64,000 nucleotides of DNA from the IMG/VR virus record IMGVR_UViG_3300032309_002930, positions 1 through 64,000 of that record. One strand, 5' to 3'. Position numbers and translations under genes: made by a program. This DNA is from a virus. A model generated the notes under the pieces. It was not told where the DNA came from. It searched no databases and saw only the letters and a program-made list of their open reading frames with translations. This document shows, piece after piece, positions 1 through 9,361 of this stretch; positions within the stretch are counted from its first letter, which is position 1; each line of letters opens with the position of its first letter.

Positions 1-120
1 ATACAACTGATTACGAAGGATGTTAAAGATATAAGGAATTCCAGATTGTTTGATTCCGAAACTTACGGACTCAAAACTATCGGACTCGACTACATTGATT
101 GGTTTTTCGATTAATTTCAT
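1..120 (-). CDS. rIIA-like protein, N-terminus (runs off the window)
   Basis: Manual translation MKLIEKPINVVESDSFESVSFGIKQSGIPYIFNILRNQLY resembles the F.I....F.IL...LY start of rIIA/GHKL-type phage proteins; promoter TTGACA-17-TAAATT-6-ATG upstream. Confidence 0.55.
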   Translation of the reverse strand, partial: MKLIEKPINVVESDSFESVSFGIKQSGIPYIFNILRNQLY

Positions 121-163
121 ATATTGAATTTAAATTAAATTTAAAATGATGTCAAATAATATT

Positions 164-1276
164 TTATTCGTAGCTATCTCTATCAATAGCAACAACATAA
201 GGGAATCTTGGCACTTCATCTGGTGTGTAATTGAAGAATTTAATAGTGGCTTTCTTGCCCACTAATTCGTTTCTTTGTTTGTAAAGCTCTTTGAGATAAC
301 CAAAATCACCTTTGATGTTGCTCTTAAAGTATCTACCTTTAGCATTTGCAAATTCCATATATCCAGCAGTTCCTTTGCGGTTGCCTTCGCCTTCTTGGAC
401 TCCTTTGATAATAAACTCTGCATCCATAAACTCTTTTCTTTTAAGAAGAAACTTACTACGCTTATTCTCGTAAGGTCTATTAAGTCTAACCATTTGACCT
501 TCATAACCATTTTCCATATACATTTCGTATGCTTGGGTAAGTTCTTCTTCATTACTAACTTTTAAAGTTGTAACAACAACTATACTGCTATACTTTCTTT
601 TAGATAGAGCATTTGAAACCGCTTCATATCTTTCATAGAATAAATCTTTTTCATTTAACATTCCGATTTTAGGTGCATCATAAACCCAATACTGAATACT
701 ATCTGCACTTTCTTCTAGTTCTTCATCAGTAGGTTTAGTTCTTTTTACAAGAGAACAAATCTTGTTAAAGTCGTTTGCAAACTTATCACAATATAACTCA
801 CCATCAAGAATTGCATTAGGATAATCTTTAAAGAATAAATCTAGATTCTGGCGAATATGTGGTGCAGAAATAATCTTCTTGCCGTTTCTGCTAAACATTC
901 CATCTTTTGTTACGATACAACGAATACCATCAAGTTTAGGTTGGCTATAAACTGGATAATTAATTTCGTGATCTTCATACTTTTGTGCAAGCATTGGCTC
1001 AAAGTATTGAACCTTGTTAATATCTTTGATAGATTCAAAGTAACCAGATTCTAATTTCTTTTTGCGTTTTGCTTCTGCTTCTTTGATTGCTTGTTCTTCT
1101 GGAGTAGTAGCATTTGATCTGCCAGCATTTTTAATATCACAATCGCTCCAGTTATTAGTAATCTTTTCACCATCTGTTTGACCAGAAATAGTGCGGTATT
1201 GATTTCCTTTAACTTCAATAGTCCACTCTTGGACTTTGCCAGTTTTAGTCTTTTTATAAATTGTAGGTAGTTTCAT
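164..1276 (-). CDS. ATP-dependent DNA ligase
   Basis: EPMLA, QPKLDGIRC (KxDG), LDGELY, GYEGQMVR, LLKRK, PRFP motifs; start placed at ATG 1276 from promoter spacing. Confidence 0.93.
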   Translation of the reverse strand: MKLPTIYKKTKTGKVQEWTIEVKGNQYRTISGQTDGEKITNNWSDCDIKNAGRSNATTPEEQAIKEAEAKRKKKLESGYFESIKDINKVQYFEPMLAQKYEDHEINYPVYSQPKLDGIRCIVTKDGMFSRNGKKIISAPHIRQNLDLFFKDYPNAILDGELYCDKFANDFNKICSLVKRTKPTDEELEESADSIQYWVYDAPKIGMLNEKDLFYERYEAVSNALSKRKYSSIVVVTTLKVSNEEELTQAYEMYMENGYEGQMVRLNRPYENKRSKFLLKRKEFMDAEFIIKGVQEGEGNRKGTAGYMEFANAKGRYFKSNIKGDFGYLKELYKQRNELVGKKATIKFFNYTPDEVPRFPYVVAIDRDSYE

Positions 1277-1311
1277 ACTTCCAGTATATACTGGACTAAC
1301 CAATTCGTCAA
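1277..1311 (-). promoter_or_regulatory. sigma70-type promoter with a palindrome over the -10 element
   Basis: TTGACG (1306-1311) N17 TATACT (1283-1288) N6 ATG; perfect palindrome CCAGTATATACTGG at 1281-1294. Confidence 0.7.
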
Positions 1312-1496
1312 TTTTTGTTTTTTTTTGATTTAGAAGGACTTACAACTTTCAATAAACTCCAAGTGCCATCTTTGTTATCTTGCCAATCAATCGTATCACC
1401 GATTTTCCATCCCATCTTCTTCAAAAGAGAATCTGGTAATTCGATATATTGGTATCCATCTTGCTCTTTAACTTTGAGAATATGAGGTTTTTTCAT
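1308..1496 (-). CDS. AbrB/MazE-like small DNA-binding protein
   Basis: YIELPDSLLKKMGWKIGDTIDW matches the swapped-hairpin pattern. Confidence 0.7.
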   Translation of the reverse strand: MKKPHILKVKEQDGYQYIELPDSLLKKMGWKIGDTIDWQDNKDGTWSLLKVVSPSKSKKNKN

Positions 1497-2140
1497 CTTG
1501 GTGTTAAAATCCTTATAACTTTTCTAATACCCTTCCATTGTAACCAATTCAAGAAATTAATAATTTTGACAATCCCAATAGAAAGTTTCCATTCGATAAG
1601 ATTCATATTCTTAACATAATATTTAAAGTAAAAACTATAAACTGGACACTTCATTTTTCTTTCGTGATCGTCTAAATCTTTTTGAAATTGTTCATCTAAT
1701 TCTATTCTTGTTCCAGATGATCTTTTTTCTATTGGGTTGATTAAAGACATTTCTGTTACTAAACCTTTTACCACAACGCATTTCCAGTCTGGAAAGTAAT
1801 CATAGCTTTCCTTTGTTTTACCAGAGATATAAGCACCAAAAGTAAATGTGCCAGTATAATCATCTCTAAAAACTTCTTCTTCGCTATCTTTTACCAATTT
1901 ATTCTTATTAAAAAATTCACCAAATCTACTACCATCTTTTATATAATCTGGATTATCTTCCCAATGGCTAGTTATTTTTAATTCAAATAATCTATAATCA
2001 CGGATAATATAAGTAGACATAAGGCTTTCTTCTAATTCTTTTGTTTGAAATTCTTCTTTCTTGAAATCAATATCAAGAGCTTTCAACTCATCATTAAGAG
2101 GTAAGTCTTGCTCGACTTTGATATAATTAAACATACCCAT
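1493..2140 (-). CDS. hypothetical protein
   Basis: 215-aa ORF; MGMFNYI...FQTKEL start resembles conserved phage hypotheticals. Confidence 0.7.
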   Translation of the reverse strand: MGMFNYIKVEQDLPLNDELKALDIDFKKEEFQTKELEESLMSTYIIRDYRLFELKITSHWEDNPDYIKDGSRFGEFFNKNKLVKDSEEEVFRDDYTGTFTFGAYISGKTKESYDYFPDWKCVVVKGLVTEMSLINPIEKRSSGTRIELDEQFQKDLDDHERKMKCPVYSFYFKYYVKNMNLIEWKLSIGIVKIINFLNWLQWKGIRKVIRILTPR

Positions 2141-2159
2141 ATACTATATATTCTATCTT

Positions 2160-2822
2160 TTATTTAATTTTTGTCAATCTTATTTGATCTTTTTTATCTA
2201 TAACAACATAACCACATTCTTTTTCACAAAAACTACCAGTATTTATATATTTATTATCATCTTCTGGAAGATGCGTGTGACCACAGATTATCTTATCATA
2301 TCCATTCATACTAATATAATTCAAGGCATTTTGTTTAATATCCGAACTTTTCTCTACAAAATCGTTTGTATGGTGTTTAAATAATTTAAAGAAATCATCT
2401 GCAAATGGGGTATAATGTCTGATAAGATAATATATCTTAATAATAAAATTAGTAATCCATTTGTATTTTGTAAAGTAAATATCAAATATATCTCCGTGAA
2501 CAACTAATACTTTACTATCTTTTAATTCTATGATATGTTCGTCTTTACAATTAAAGCCAAGAAGAATACTCATAAATTCTGCTTTAAGAAAACAATGATT
2601 GCCAATCAAATAAATTATCTTGCATTTTTTAGAAAGTTTGCGTAATTTAGATAATACCTTCCAATGGGTTTTGTTTAGTCTATGAAGATTGTGGTGGTCA
2701 AAAAGATCGCCAGCAATTATAATTGTTTTTGCTTTGTTTTCTTTTAACGCTTTTAAAACTAAATCTGCTCTGGAATGTTTATCTCCAAGATGAATGTCTG
2801 ATATTATCAAATATTTATTCAT
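2160..2822 (-). CDS. calcineurin-like metallophosphoesterase (LpxH-like)
   Basis: ISDIHLG, AGDLFD, IGNH, VHGD, CGHTH, NTGS motifs. Confidence 0.88.
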   Translation of the reverse strand: MNKYLIISDIHLGDKHSRADLVLKALKENKAKTIIIAGDLFDHHNLHRLNKTHWKVLSKLRKLSKKCKIIYLIGNHCFLKAEFMSILLGFNCKDEHIIELKDSKVLVVHGDIFDIYFTKYKWITNFIIKIYYLIRHYTPFADDFFKLFKHHTNDFVEKSSDIKQNALNYISMNGYDKIICGHTHLPEDDNKYINTGSFCEKECGYVVIDKKDQIRLTKIK

Positions 2823-2914
2823 TACCAATGATGTATTGCATTAATTATAAGCACTATATTAGCAATTACACCAAGGATAACTATGAACATTTCATATAAT
2901 TTATGTGTCATAAG

Positions 2915-3142
2915 TTATTTTCCGTAAAATATATTTGCTCTATTTTTAGATTTTATTTTCTTACCTAAAAATTTATTTTTCTTTTTAGGAACAAAGTAAT
3001 TTTTATTTTCTTTTTTTAAAATCCGTGATATTTCTTTATTGTAAAGTTCTGGATTTGTTTTTTTACAAAATTTCATCCAAGAATTGTTTTCATATCTTCT
3101 TTCGATAGATTCTCTTAAATCTTGTTTGAAGGATTTTTTCAT
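2915..3142 (-). CDS. small basic hypothetical protein
   Basis: 75-aa ORF overlapping the uvsE stop by 4 nt. Confidence 0.55.
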   Translation of the reverse strand: MKKSFKQDLRESIERRYENNSWMKFCKKTNPELYNKEISRILKKENKNYFVPKKKNKFLGKKIKSKNRANIFYGK

Positions 3143-4038
3143 AGTTTAGCGAAAGATTGTTCTTTCATTTTTAATTCAAAATCAACATCTATATTATCAT
3201 AACCATAAGTATTAGGCAAAGACTTTGCATAGTCAGCGTGTTTTCTAGGATTTTTATGACCATCAATACTTTCTGAATAATGAAATAGTGGAGTATGATT
3301 GCCCCAAGTAATTCGTGCAAGATGAAATGCTTGTTCCTCTGATAGATTATCTTGATGACATTTATGATGAAGATAATCAAAAGTAATTGGAATATTAGAA
3401 ACAGAATGAAAATACTTCATAAGTTTTTTAATTGACCAGCAAGTATCTTTATCATCATTCTCAATAACTAATCTAGACTTAACATCATTTGATAGCTTTT
3501 CAAAGTTACTCATAAACTTTTTAACTATATGATTTAAATTGCCCTTGGAATTATGTATGTGCATATTCATAGGTGCATCATAGTTTAGTGGGCAACCAAT
3601 TTGTGTCATAAACCAACCATAATGATTTAATTCTTTGATTGTTTTAGTTACTGCATTATCATTATCACTTGCAAGAACATTAAATTCAGAGGGATGGCAA
3701 GATACTCTAACATTCCTAGATTGTATTAGATTCTTGATACTATCAAATGATGCTAGTATTCTGGTATAATCTGGTAAATTTTCGAGCTTAACATCTGCTT
3801 TATCATAAGTAATAAGAGGAAATAAGTCTGATGAAATTCTATATGTATGATTATGGTCTGCACAATATTTGATATAGTGATATGTAGTAAGCATATTGTT
3901 TAATATTCTAGAAGATAAAGTAGAAAGAGCTTCTTTCCTATCCATAGATGAGAAACGAGCATAAGTCATAGTATTGAACTTGATAGGATTATCTTGTTCA
4001 GTTAGACTTAATACAATACAACAAACTCCTTTTCTCAT
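3139..4038 (-). CDS. uvsE: UV-damage endonuclease
   Basis: YRISSDLFP, SCHPSEF, LVIENDD, FDYLHH, HYSES, HAD, ELKMKE motifs. Confidence 0.92.
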   Translation of the reverse strand: MRKGVCCIVLSLTEQDNPIKFNTMTYARFSSMDRKEALSTLSSRILNNMLTTYHYIKYCADHNHTYRISSDLFPLITYDKADVKLENLPDYTRILASFDSIKNLIQSRNVRVSCHPSEFNVLASDNDNAVTKTIKELNHYGWFMTQIGCPLNYDAPMNMHIHNSKGNLNHIVKKFMSNFEKLSNDVKSRLVIENDDKDTCWSIKKLMKYFHSVSNIPITFDYLHHKCHQDNLSEEQAFHLARITWGNHTPLFHYSESIDGHKNPRKHADYAKSLPNTYGYDNIDVDFELKMKEQSFAKL

Positions 4039-4084
4039 AGTAAAAGTATATTACTCTTTCTCAAATCTGTCAATACTCTAGATA

Positions 4085-4261
4085 TTATCTGTAAATATAT
4101 GTAGCTGAACCATTATGGTTTTTTAATTCTTTTTTAATCAACGACTTACGATCTTTATTTTTCCATTGTATGCTGTCATAGTTTTTTCTAAACCTATCAG
4201 AGAAACAATTTCGAGGTTTATCACCTTTTCCAGCTCCTTTATTTGGCTGATTTGTGTTCAT
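4085..4261 (-). CDS. small phage hypothetical protein (not in ORF track)
   Basis: Manual translation MNTNQPNKGAGKGDKPRNCFSDRFRKNYDSIQW..., 58 aa. Confidence 0.55.
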   Translation of the reverse strand: MNTNQPNKGAGKGDKPRNCFSDRFRKNYDSIQWKNKDRKSLIKKELKNHNGSATYIYR

Positions 4262-4352
4262 ATTTGGGATTTTTTCATTAGCAAATAGACTATATATTTG
4301 AGATTATTCTGTTCATAAATGACTCTTTATTTGCAAAAATCGCGTTCACAAA

Positions 4353-4646
4353 TTAACTTTTAAAATTTTTTGCAATTTCATTTACATGATTTTTAATATC
4401 ATTGTAAATATTTATTTCTTTTTGATTAGCTTTTCTTTCTACTTTTGATAAATCATTAAACTTATATTCTTTTAATTGGTGATGTTTAAAATGGTAAACT
4501 GGTTTATTTGAATAAATTTCATTCGTAAATCTAATATATCTAAAAGGAAAATCTTCTCCTTTAATCTTATAAAGAGTTCCTAAAGTTGGTTGCTCTTTTT
4601 CTTCTTGAAAAACTCCATCAATAAAGTTTAGGATTTTTTTTAACAT
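4353..4646 (-). CDS. hypothetical protein
   Basis: 97-aa ORF coupled to the upstream ORF. Confidence 0.6.
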   Translation of the reverse strand: MLKKILNFIDGVFQEEKEQPTLGTLYKIKGEDFPFRYIRFTNEIYSNKPVYHFKHHQLKEYKFNDLSKVERKANQKEINIYNDIKNHVNEIAKNFKS

Positions 4647-4825
4647 TTTTTATTTTTCCTTTTAGGTTTAACATACTTCCAAATTCTGCCTTCTTTATCT
4701 AGATCAACGCTCCATAACATTATTTTATTATAAACTTTAAATCCATATCCATCGCCCCAATTCATGATGGTTATACTTAATATATCTCCTAAAATATATA
4801 AAAAATAAGACAATATATATCTCAT
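4640..4825 (-). CDS. small hypothetical protein, hydrophobic N-terminus
   Basis: TTGACA-16-TATAAT-6-ATG upstream. Confidence 0.6.
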   Translation of the reverse strand: MRYILSYFLYILGDILSITIMNWGDGYGFKVYNKIMLWSVDLDKEGRIWKYVKPKRKNKKC

Positions 4826-4893
4826 AAAACTATTATATAAAATATATAAACTATGTCAAGCTTATATATTTGAGATTTTTTTGTTAGTAAATA

Positions 4894-5187
4894 TTACTTC
4901 TTGAAATCGCCAAGATCGCGATCAAAAGAAAATTTTCCAGTCTTTTCTACAAGACCTTCGTAAGTTTCTTCTGTGCATCCAGCCATTTCAGTAAATGGTG
5001 CTACTACTGCAAAGATACCAAACGCACCGATTGTTGCTGCGGTTGAAATTGGACGAACAAACACTAGATCACCAGCAGATAAAAAACCATCAGCTACTGG
5101 AGTAGATTCGTCTTGAGTACCTGTATCAGCTAGCCCTAAAGAGGCCGAGAGTAATGCAATTAATGCTAATGTTTTAATTTTGTTCAT
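4894..5187 (-). CDS. exported/membrane protein
   Basis: Signal peptide, then DLVFVRP..hydrophobic..PF..LV..F.R.LG, a pattern seen in small bacterial membrane proteins. Confidence 0.65.
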   Translation of the reverse strand: MNKIKTLALIALLSASLGLADTGTQDESTPVADGFLSAGDLVFVRPISTAATIGAFGIFAVVAPFTEMAGCTEETYEGLVEKTGKFSFDRDLGDFKK

Positions 5188-5231
5188 ATTAATTATTATA
5201 TAAGAAACAATAAAAAATCTCTAATAAATTT

Positions 5232-5318
5232 CGGGGCGAGTAGGATTCGAACCTACGAATGGATTTCTCCATCGGCAGTTTAGTAAACTGCTGTTTTAAA
5301 CCGCTCAACCATCGCCCC
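5232..5318 (-). tRNA. tRNA-Ser, anticodon ACU
   Basis: Acceptor GGGGCGA/TCGCCCC + G73; anticodon arm GCAGT-TTACTAA-ACTGC; long variable arm GATGG..CCATT; T arm GTAGG-TTCGAAT-CCTAC; no encoded CCA. Confidence 0.9.
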
Positions 5319-5320
5319 AT

Positions 5321-5392
5321 CTCCCAAACTAGGATTTGAACCTAGAACAGCCTCGTTAACAGCGAGGTGCTCTACCATTGAGCTATTTGGGA
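5321..5392 (-). tRNA. tRNA-Asn, anticodon GUU
   Basis: Acceptor TCCCAAA/TTTGGGA + G; D arm GCTC/GAGC; CCTCG-CTGTTAA-CGAGG; CTAGG-TTCAAAT-CCTAG; 2-nt spacer to tRNA-Ser; no CCA. Confidence 0.95.
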
Positions 5393-5398
5393 ATAAAT

Positions 5399-5773
5399 TT
5401 AAATTAATTTCTGTTTATTTATAATAATAATATCGCTTTTCCATTTTTCAAGTATATTTTCCATTTTATCGTAATCAATATTATCCTCGCACATTAAAAT
5501 AAATTTATTTTTAGGATTATATATTTTACAGCAAATCCTATTAAGAATATCTTTTAGTTCTTCTATAGATGATGCGTTATAAGAATAATTTATGCTTTGT
5601 ATACGATCTTGATACTCTGTAATAAATTGAGTCATAATATATCCATTATCATATTTATTGCCAATTAAAAGTATATTATACTTAAACTCTGGATTAGGAT
5701 TTTCGTTTTTAAAATTTAAATCTGAACAATAAAAATAAATACCAAAAAACTTTATTTTATCTGATATGAGCAT
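5399..5773 (-). CDS. hypothetical protein
   Basis: 124-aa ORF with TTGACT-17-TATTAT upstream. Confidence 0.55.
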   Translation of the reverse strand: MLISDKIKFFGIYFYCSDLNFKNENPNPEFKYNILLIGNKYDNGYIMTQFITEYQDRIQSINYSYNASSIEELKDILNRICCKIYNPKNKFILMCEDNIDYDKMENILEKWKSDIIIINKQKLI

Positions 5774-5818
5774 TATACAACATATAATATATAGTTATTA
5801 TAATAAAGTCAATATTTA

Positions 5819-6547
5819 TTATAAACTATAATAGTAATCAATTTGATCTTTAAAAAGTTTCTCTAAATCTTTTCTTCTATAATAGTTTCCAACATAAGAT
5901 TTTGTCTTAATTTGTTGTGGAAAATTGATATTTGTATTGAATATTTCACTCATTTTTTTATAACATTTATTTAAATTTGAAAGTGTGCCAATATAATTTA
6001 ATTGTTTAGGGTTGTATCCAAAAATTATTTCATCAATTATTTTATATTTTATTGAATCGCAGTAAATATTAATTACTTGTTCTTCTAAGAACAAATCAAT
6101 GAACTCTTTCTCAGATAGTATTTTGTTTTCTTTAGCGATTTTTATAGTTTCTTTTCCAAAAGAAGATTTGCATGTCCAATTATTAGGAATATAATTTTGG
6201 TTTATAATGTAGTTTTTATAATAATCATTATACTCTGAAATCAAACGACTTCTTCTTGCATAAAGCTCATATATATTATCTACTGGATGATTAATGATGG
6301 AAAAAATAAAATCATTTTCTTTTGTGTTTAGATGCTGGGAATCAAATGCTCCATATAAAAATCCATTAAATCTATTGTGTTTAAGATTAGGGGGCACTAT
6401 TTCTTCTATTAGTTTTTTATTATAATCAATATCTTTTTCTGGTTTTAATATAGACCAAAATTCTTGATTTTTAATATTTGTTGATGTTAGTATAGAATCA
6501 ATTAATATTGGATAAGACGTAAACGGCATTACTCTATATATTATCAC
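5819..6547 (-). CDS. degenerate sulfotransferase-like protein (paralog of 15689-16447)
   Basis: FSIINHP resembles the F.FVR.P sulfotransferase motif; KHNRFNGFLYG shared with the paralog. Confidence 0.45.
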   Translation of the reverse strand: MIIYRVMPFTSYPILIDSILTSTNIKNQEFWSILKPEKDIDYNKKLIEEIVPPNLKHNRFNGFLYGAFDSQHLNTKENDFIFSIINHPVDNIYELYARRSRLISEYNDYYKNYIINQNYIPNNWTCKSSFGKETIKIAKENKILSEKEFIDLFLEEQVINIYCDSIKYKIIDEIIFGYNPKQLNYIGTLSNLNKCYKKMSEIFNTNINFPQQIKTKSYVGNYYRRKDLEKLFKDQIDYYYSL

Positions 6548-6583
6548 TGTATATAATATATACTGATTATAGTATATTCTATA

Positions 6584-7849
6584 TTATTTATTTTTCTTAT
6601 ATTCTTCTAAGCAAGATTTGAATTTAGCTTTGTCGTCACCTTGTTTTGTCGGAACACATTGCTTTAGGAAATCATTAAATTTTTGACCTTCAGTAGTCAT
6701 CATACCTTTATATTCTTCATCATTTTCCATCTCATATTTTTCATCTTCTGAAGCTTTACTTTTACAATGTTGCTTTTGACTAAAACCTTTTGGATTGTTG
6801 CAGTCTATGCTTCTTTTGTACTTCGTGCTCCATTCTGCTTCAATTTTTTGTAATTGAACTTCTGTTTTACCAAGCATATCACCTTTTTTCCAAGTAGCTC
6901 CATCATTTGTGCATTCATAAACTACTGCATAACCCATATCATCTGGAAGATCACGAATTTCTTTCACTATGCCTTCGCTACCATAATGTTTGCATTTAGC
7001 ATTAACGTTCTTGACTTTATCTCCAACTTTAAACATTGTAGAAGCTTCGTTTTCTTGCATGTCTTCTGATTCTTCATTTTCTTTATTAAACATTACATAG
7101 TTATGAATTGTAATCATATAATCTTCTGCAAGAATTGCCATTTGTTGTAAAAATGGTTCTGTAAGATTTTCTTTTACCATTGGATCATTTAATTTTTCAA
7201 CTACATTTTTTGAATGTTGATAGATAGAATTAATTGAACCAACTATCATTCCATAAAAATCTTCTTTATAATCTTCGAATTCATCTTCTACTTCTTCAAC
7301 TTGAGCTAAACTTTTATCTTCTAAAAATACAATTTGATCAAACTCTGTTTCGCCATCCCATTCATAACTCTCATTTTCATAATCTGAGCCTTGTGCTTTT
7401 TTAAGAGCTTCTTGAGTTGGTCTATCTTTTGATCCTGGTTTTGCTGGACGATAATTTTTGCCCATTCTTTTTTTCTTTTGTTGGATATTGTACCAAAGTC
7501 CTTTATTTTTAGCTTGAACTTCTGCTTCTAAGGTAACTTCTTCTTCACTTCCAGTAATTTTACTAACTGGTTTTGCGCTCCACATTTTGCAACTCCAATA
7601 ATTAGCTTTCCATTTTGGGCCAGGATTATCGCAACCATGTCTTGATCTATATGCTTTGCGTCTAGCTGGATCATCTCTTTTAATTGACATGTTTGGATCG
7701 CCAAAAGTGACCTTAACAATATTACCTTTATCATTTTTAACATAAACGCCAAATTTCTTTTTGCTTCCAGAAGGAAGACGAAATGGTTTATTAAGTGGCG
7801 CTTTGCCCTTTTTAGCTGCTAGTATATCTTTTGAAAAGTCGATTTCCAT
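6584..7849 (-). CDS. modular putative virion-internal protein
   Basis: Series of small phage domains (KKFGVYV..FGDPNM..RHGC..ANYWSC; GLWYNI..RPT; KOW/SH3-like FKVGDKV; WSTKYKRSIDC..GFSQKQHC) joined by acidic linkers; begins MEIDFS. Confidence 0.6.
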   Translation of the reverse strand: MEIDFSKDILAAKKGKAPLNKPFRLPSGSKKKFGVYVKNDKGNIVKVTFGDPNMSIKRDDPARRKAYRSRHGCDNPGPKWKANYWSCKMWSAKPVSKITGSEEEVTLEAEVQAKNKGLWYNIQQKKKRMGKNYRPAKPGSKDRPTQEALKKAQGSDYENESYEWDGETEFDQIVFLEDKSLAQVEEVEDEFEDYKEDFYGMIVGSINSIYQHSKNVVEKLNDPMVKENLTEPFLQQMAILAEDYMITIHNYVMFNKENEESEDMQENEASTMFKVGDKVKNVNAKCKHYGSEGIVKEIRDLPDDMGYAVVYECTNDGATWKKGDMLGKTEVQLQKIEAEWSTKYKRSIDCNNPKGFSQKQHCKSKASEDEKYEMENDEEYKGMMTTEGQKFNDFLKQCVPTKQGDDKAKFKSCLEEYKKNK

Positions 7850-7896
7850 ATTGTTTAATATAGTTACACTATTTTACGCGGCGTGGTGGTGATTTA

Positions 7897-8328
7897 TTAC
7901 GGAGTTGTGCTGATGACTAGTGTTCCATTAACAGTAAAACCACTTCCTCCATATTGCCATCCAATTAAAGGAATTGATGATCCATTTGAAGCACAATATG
8001 CAGCCTGACCGTCATATGGAATCCAACTACCATACTCTTCATCATATACCTCCATATTAACTCTTAAAAGCCAATAGTTTTGGGAAAAAAAAAGCCTTCC
8101 AAATGATTGATTTTGCGCCCTCCATAAAGTATCGCTTTGCTTCTGATAAGGATTTATAAAATTACCATTTCTATATTGTTCATTTGGAACAAAGGTTAAT
8201 CCAGAAAAATAAAGATTAGGAGTAGAGAGGGGGAGTGTTGTTGGTGCAGCTGATATTCTTTTTCTAGGAACATATAAATTTATTCCTTTTTTAAAGTTTC
8301 CCAATTGGTTTGTTTTTTTGACTATCAT
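7897..8328 (-). CDS. putative virion accessory protein with shared N-terminal leader
   Basis: First 18 aa identical to 8341-8904; aromatic, beta-rich body. Confidence 0.6.
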   Translation of the reverse strand: MIVKKTNQLGNFKKGINLYVPRKRISAAPTTLPLSTPNLYFSGLTFVPNEQYRNGNFINPYQKQSDTLWRAQNQSFGRLFFSQNYWLLRVNMEVYDEEYGSWIPYDGQAAYCASNGSSIPLIGWQYGGSGFTVNGTLVISTTP

Positions 8329-8907
8329 ATAATTATATATTTAAAAACCATTTGTATTAGAGTTATAATAATAATATCCTAAACCGTTTGTTGTTTCTAC
8401 TATTGTTGGTGCTGAAAAACCAAGCGACATAACGTCATCGCCGCCACCCTCGCCATATTGTACTCTAATCGGATAATAAGTTCCAGCGACTAAACTTACT
8501 GGCTCTGAATCGACTCTATTCTCTGGATGACCATTGCCATTATTTATATTAGCGTTGGCAGTTGTAAAACCAGCAAGAGCATTTGCGCCAATCCAAAGAT
8601 AACTTGCATCATCAGAGCTTGTATAAAAAGTATAATTTTCAGTTGAACTTGCTTTGAAGTAGCCAAGCCATTGCCAACTATAATTCTCTGCAACATTAGT
8701 GAAACCATTTATACTAGTTAATTGATTAACGTCTCCATGAAGAGTCGCTGTATTAAACCAATTTACATTATCGTTAAAATACCCTTCGTATCTTTTACCA
8801 TACAATCCATTAGCATATGTGATTATAGATGCTCTCCTTTTTGGAGCATGTAAATTTATTCCTTTTTTAAAATTTCCCAATTGGTTTGTTTTTTTGACTA
8901 TCATATA
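8275..8907. repeat. 57-bp direct repeat (8275-8331 and 8851-8907)
   Basis: 56/57 identical; encodes MIVKKTNQLGNFKKGINL in both genes. Confidence 0.95.
8341..8904 (-). CDS. PA14/GLEYA-domain protein with shared leader
   Basis: YSWQWLGYF, YTFYTSSDDASYLWIG, YYPIRVQYGEGGG PA14 motifs. Confidence 0.85.
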   Translation of the reverse strand: MIVKKTNQLGNFKKGINLHAPKRRASIITYANGLYGKRYEGYFNDNVNWFNTATLHGDVNQLTSINGFTNVAENYSWQWLGYFKASSTENYTFYTSSDDASYLWIGANALAGFTTANANINNGNGHPENRVDSEPVSLVAGTYYPIRVQYGEGGGDDVMSLGFSAPTIVETTNGLGYYYYNSNTNGF

Positions 8908-8924
8908 GTCAATATAAAGTTAAA

Positions 8925-9317
8925 TTAACTTCTTTCCCAGCAAATATAACTTGAATTTAATCCACTAACACTAACTATTCCTGTATAATTAAGATCACTT
9001 AAACTTCCGCCATCACCACCTCCAGAAGCAGTAGTTGATGCTAAAACGAAATTAAATGAATTAACAGCAGCAGAAGTTCCATATTTTACATAAAGATTAC
9101 CGCTTTGTAAATTTTGAATAAAAAGTTCTTCGCGATTAGCATTTGCTTGTAATACTGTTCCATTTGTTCCGCTTTGTGTAAAATTAGATATTGTTCCACC
9201 TTTTGATGTTAAATCGTCTACTGTTATAGCTTCTTGGGCTTTATAAGAGTCTGTGGTTGCATCATAAACTAATGATATGCGTTTTTCTGTAGGATCATTT
9301 AAATTAATATTAGGCAT
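8925..9317 (-). CDS. putative virion structural protein
   Basis: S/T/G-rich beta protein (ANANREELFIQN..NLYVKYG); GTGTAA upstream. Confidence 0.55.
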   Translation of the reverse strand: MPNINLNDPTEKRISLVYDATTDSYKAQEAITVDDLTSKGGTISNFTQSGTNGTVLQANANREELFIQNLQSGNLYVKYGTSAAVNSFNFVLASTTASGGGDGGSLSDLNYTGIVSVSGLNSSYICWERS

Positions 9318-9361
9318 AGTACCTAATATTACACATTAAATATAAAAAATGATATTATAAA

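Noticed and set aside
5232-5318. Amber suppressor tRNA (CUA) or stop-codon recoding
   Set aside because: Loop register places ACU at 34-36; TAG and TGA terminate conserved genes normally and core ORFs are intact
7874-7896. GC-rich intergenic patch as a terminator
   Set aside because: No convincing stem followed by a U-tract
7897-8907. Diversity-generating retroelement TR/VR pair
   Set aside because: Repeat is N-terminal with a single mismatch; no reverse transcriptase in the window
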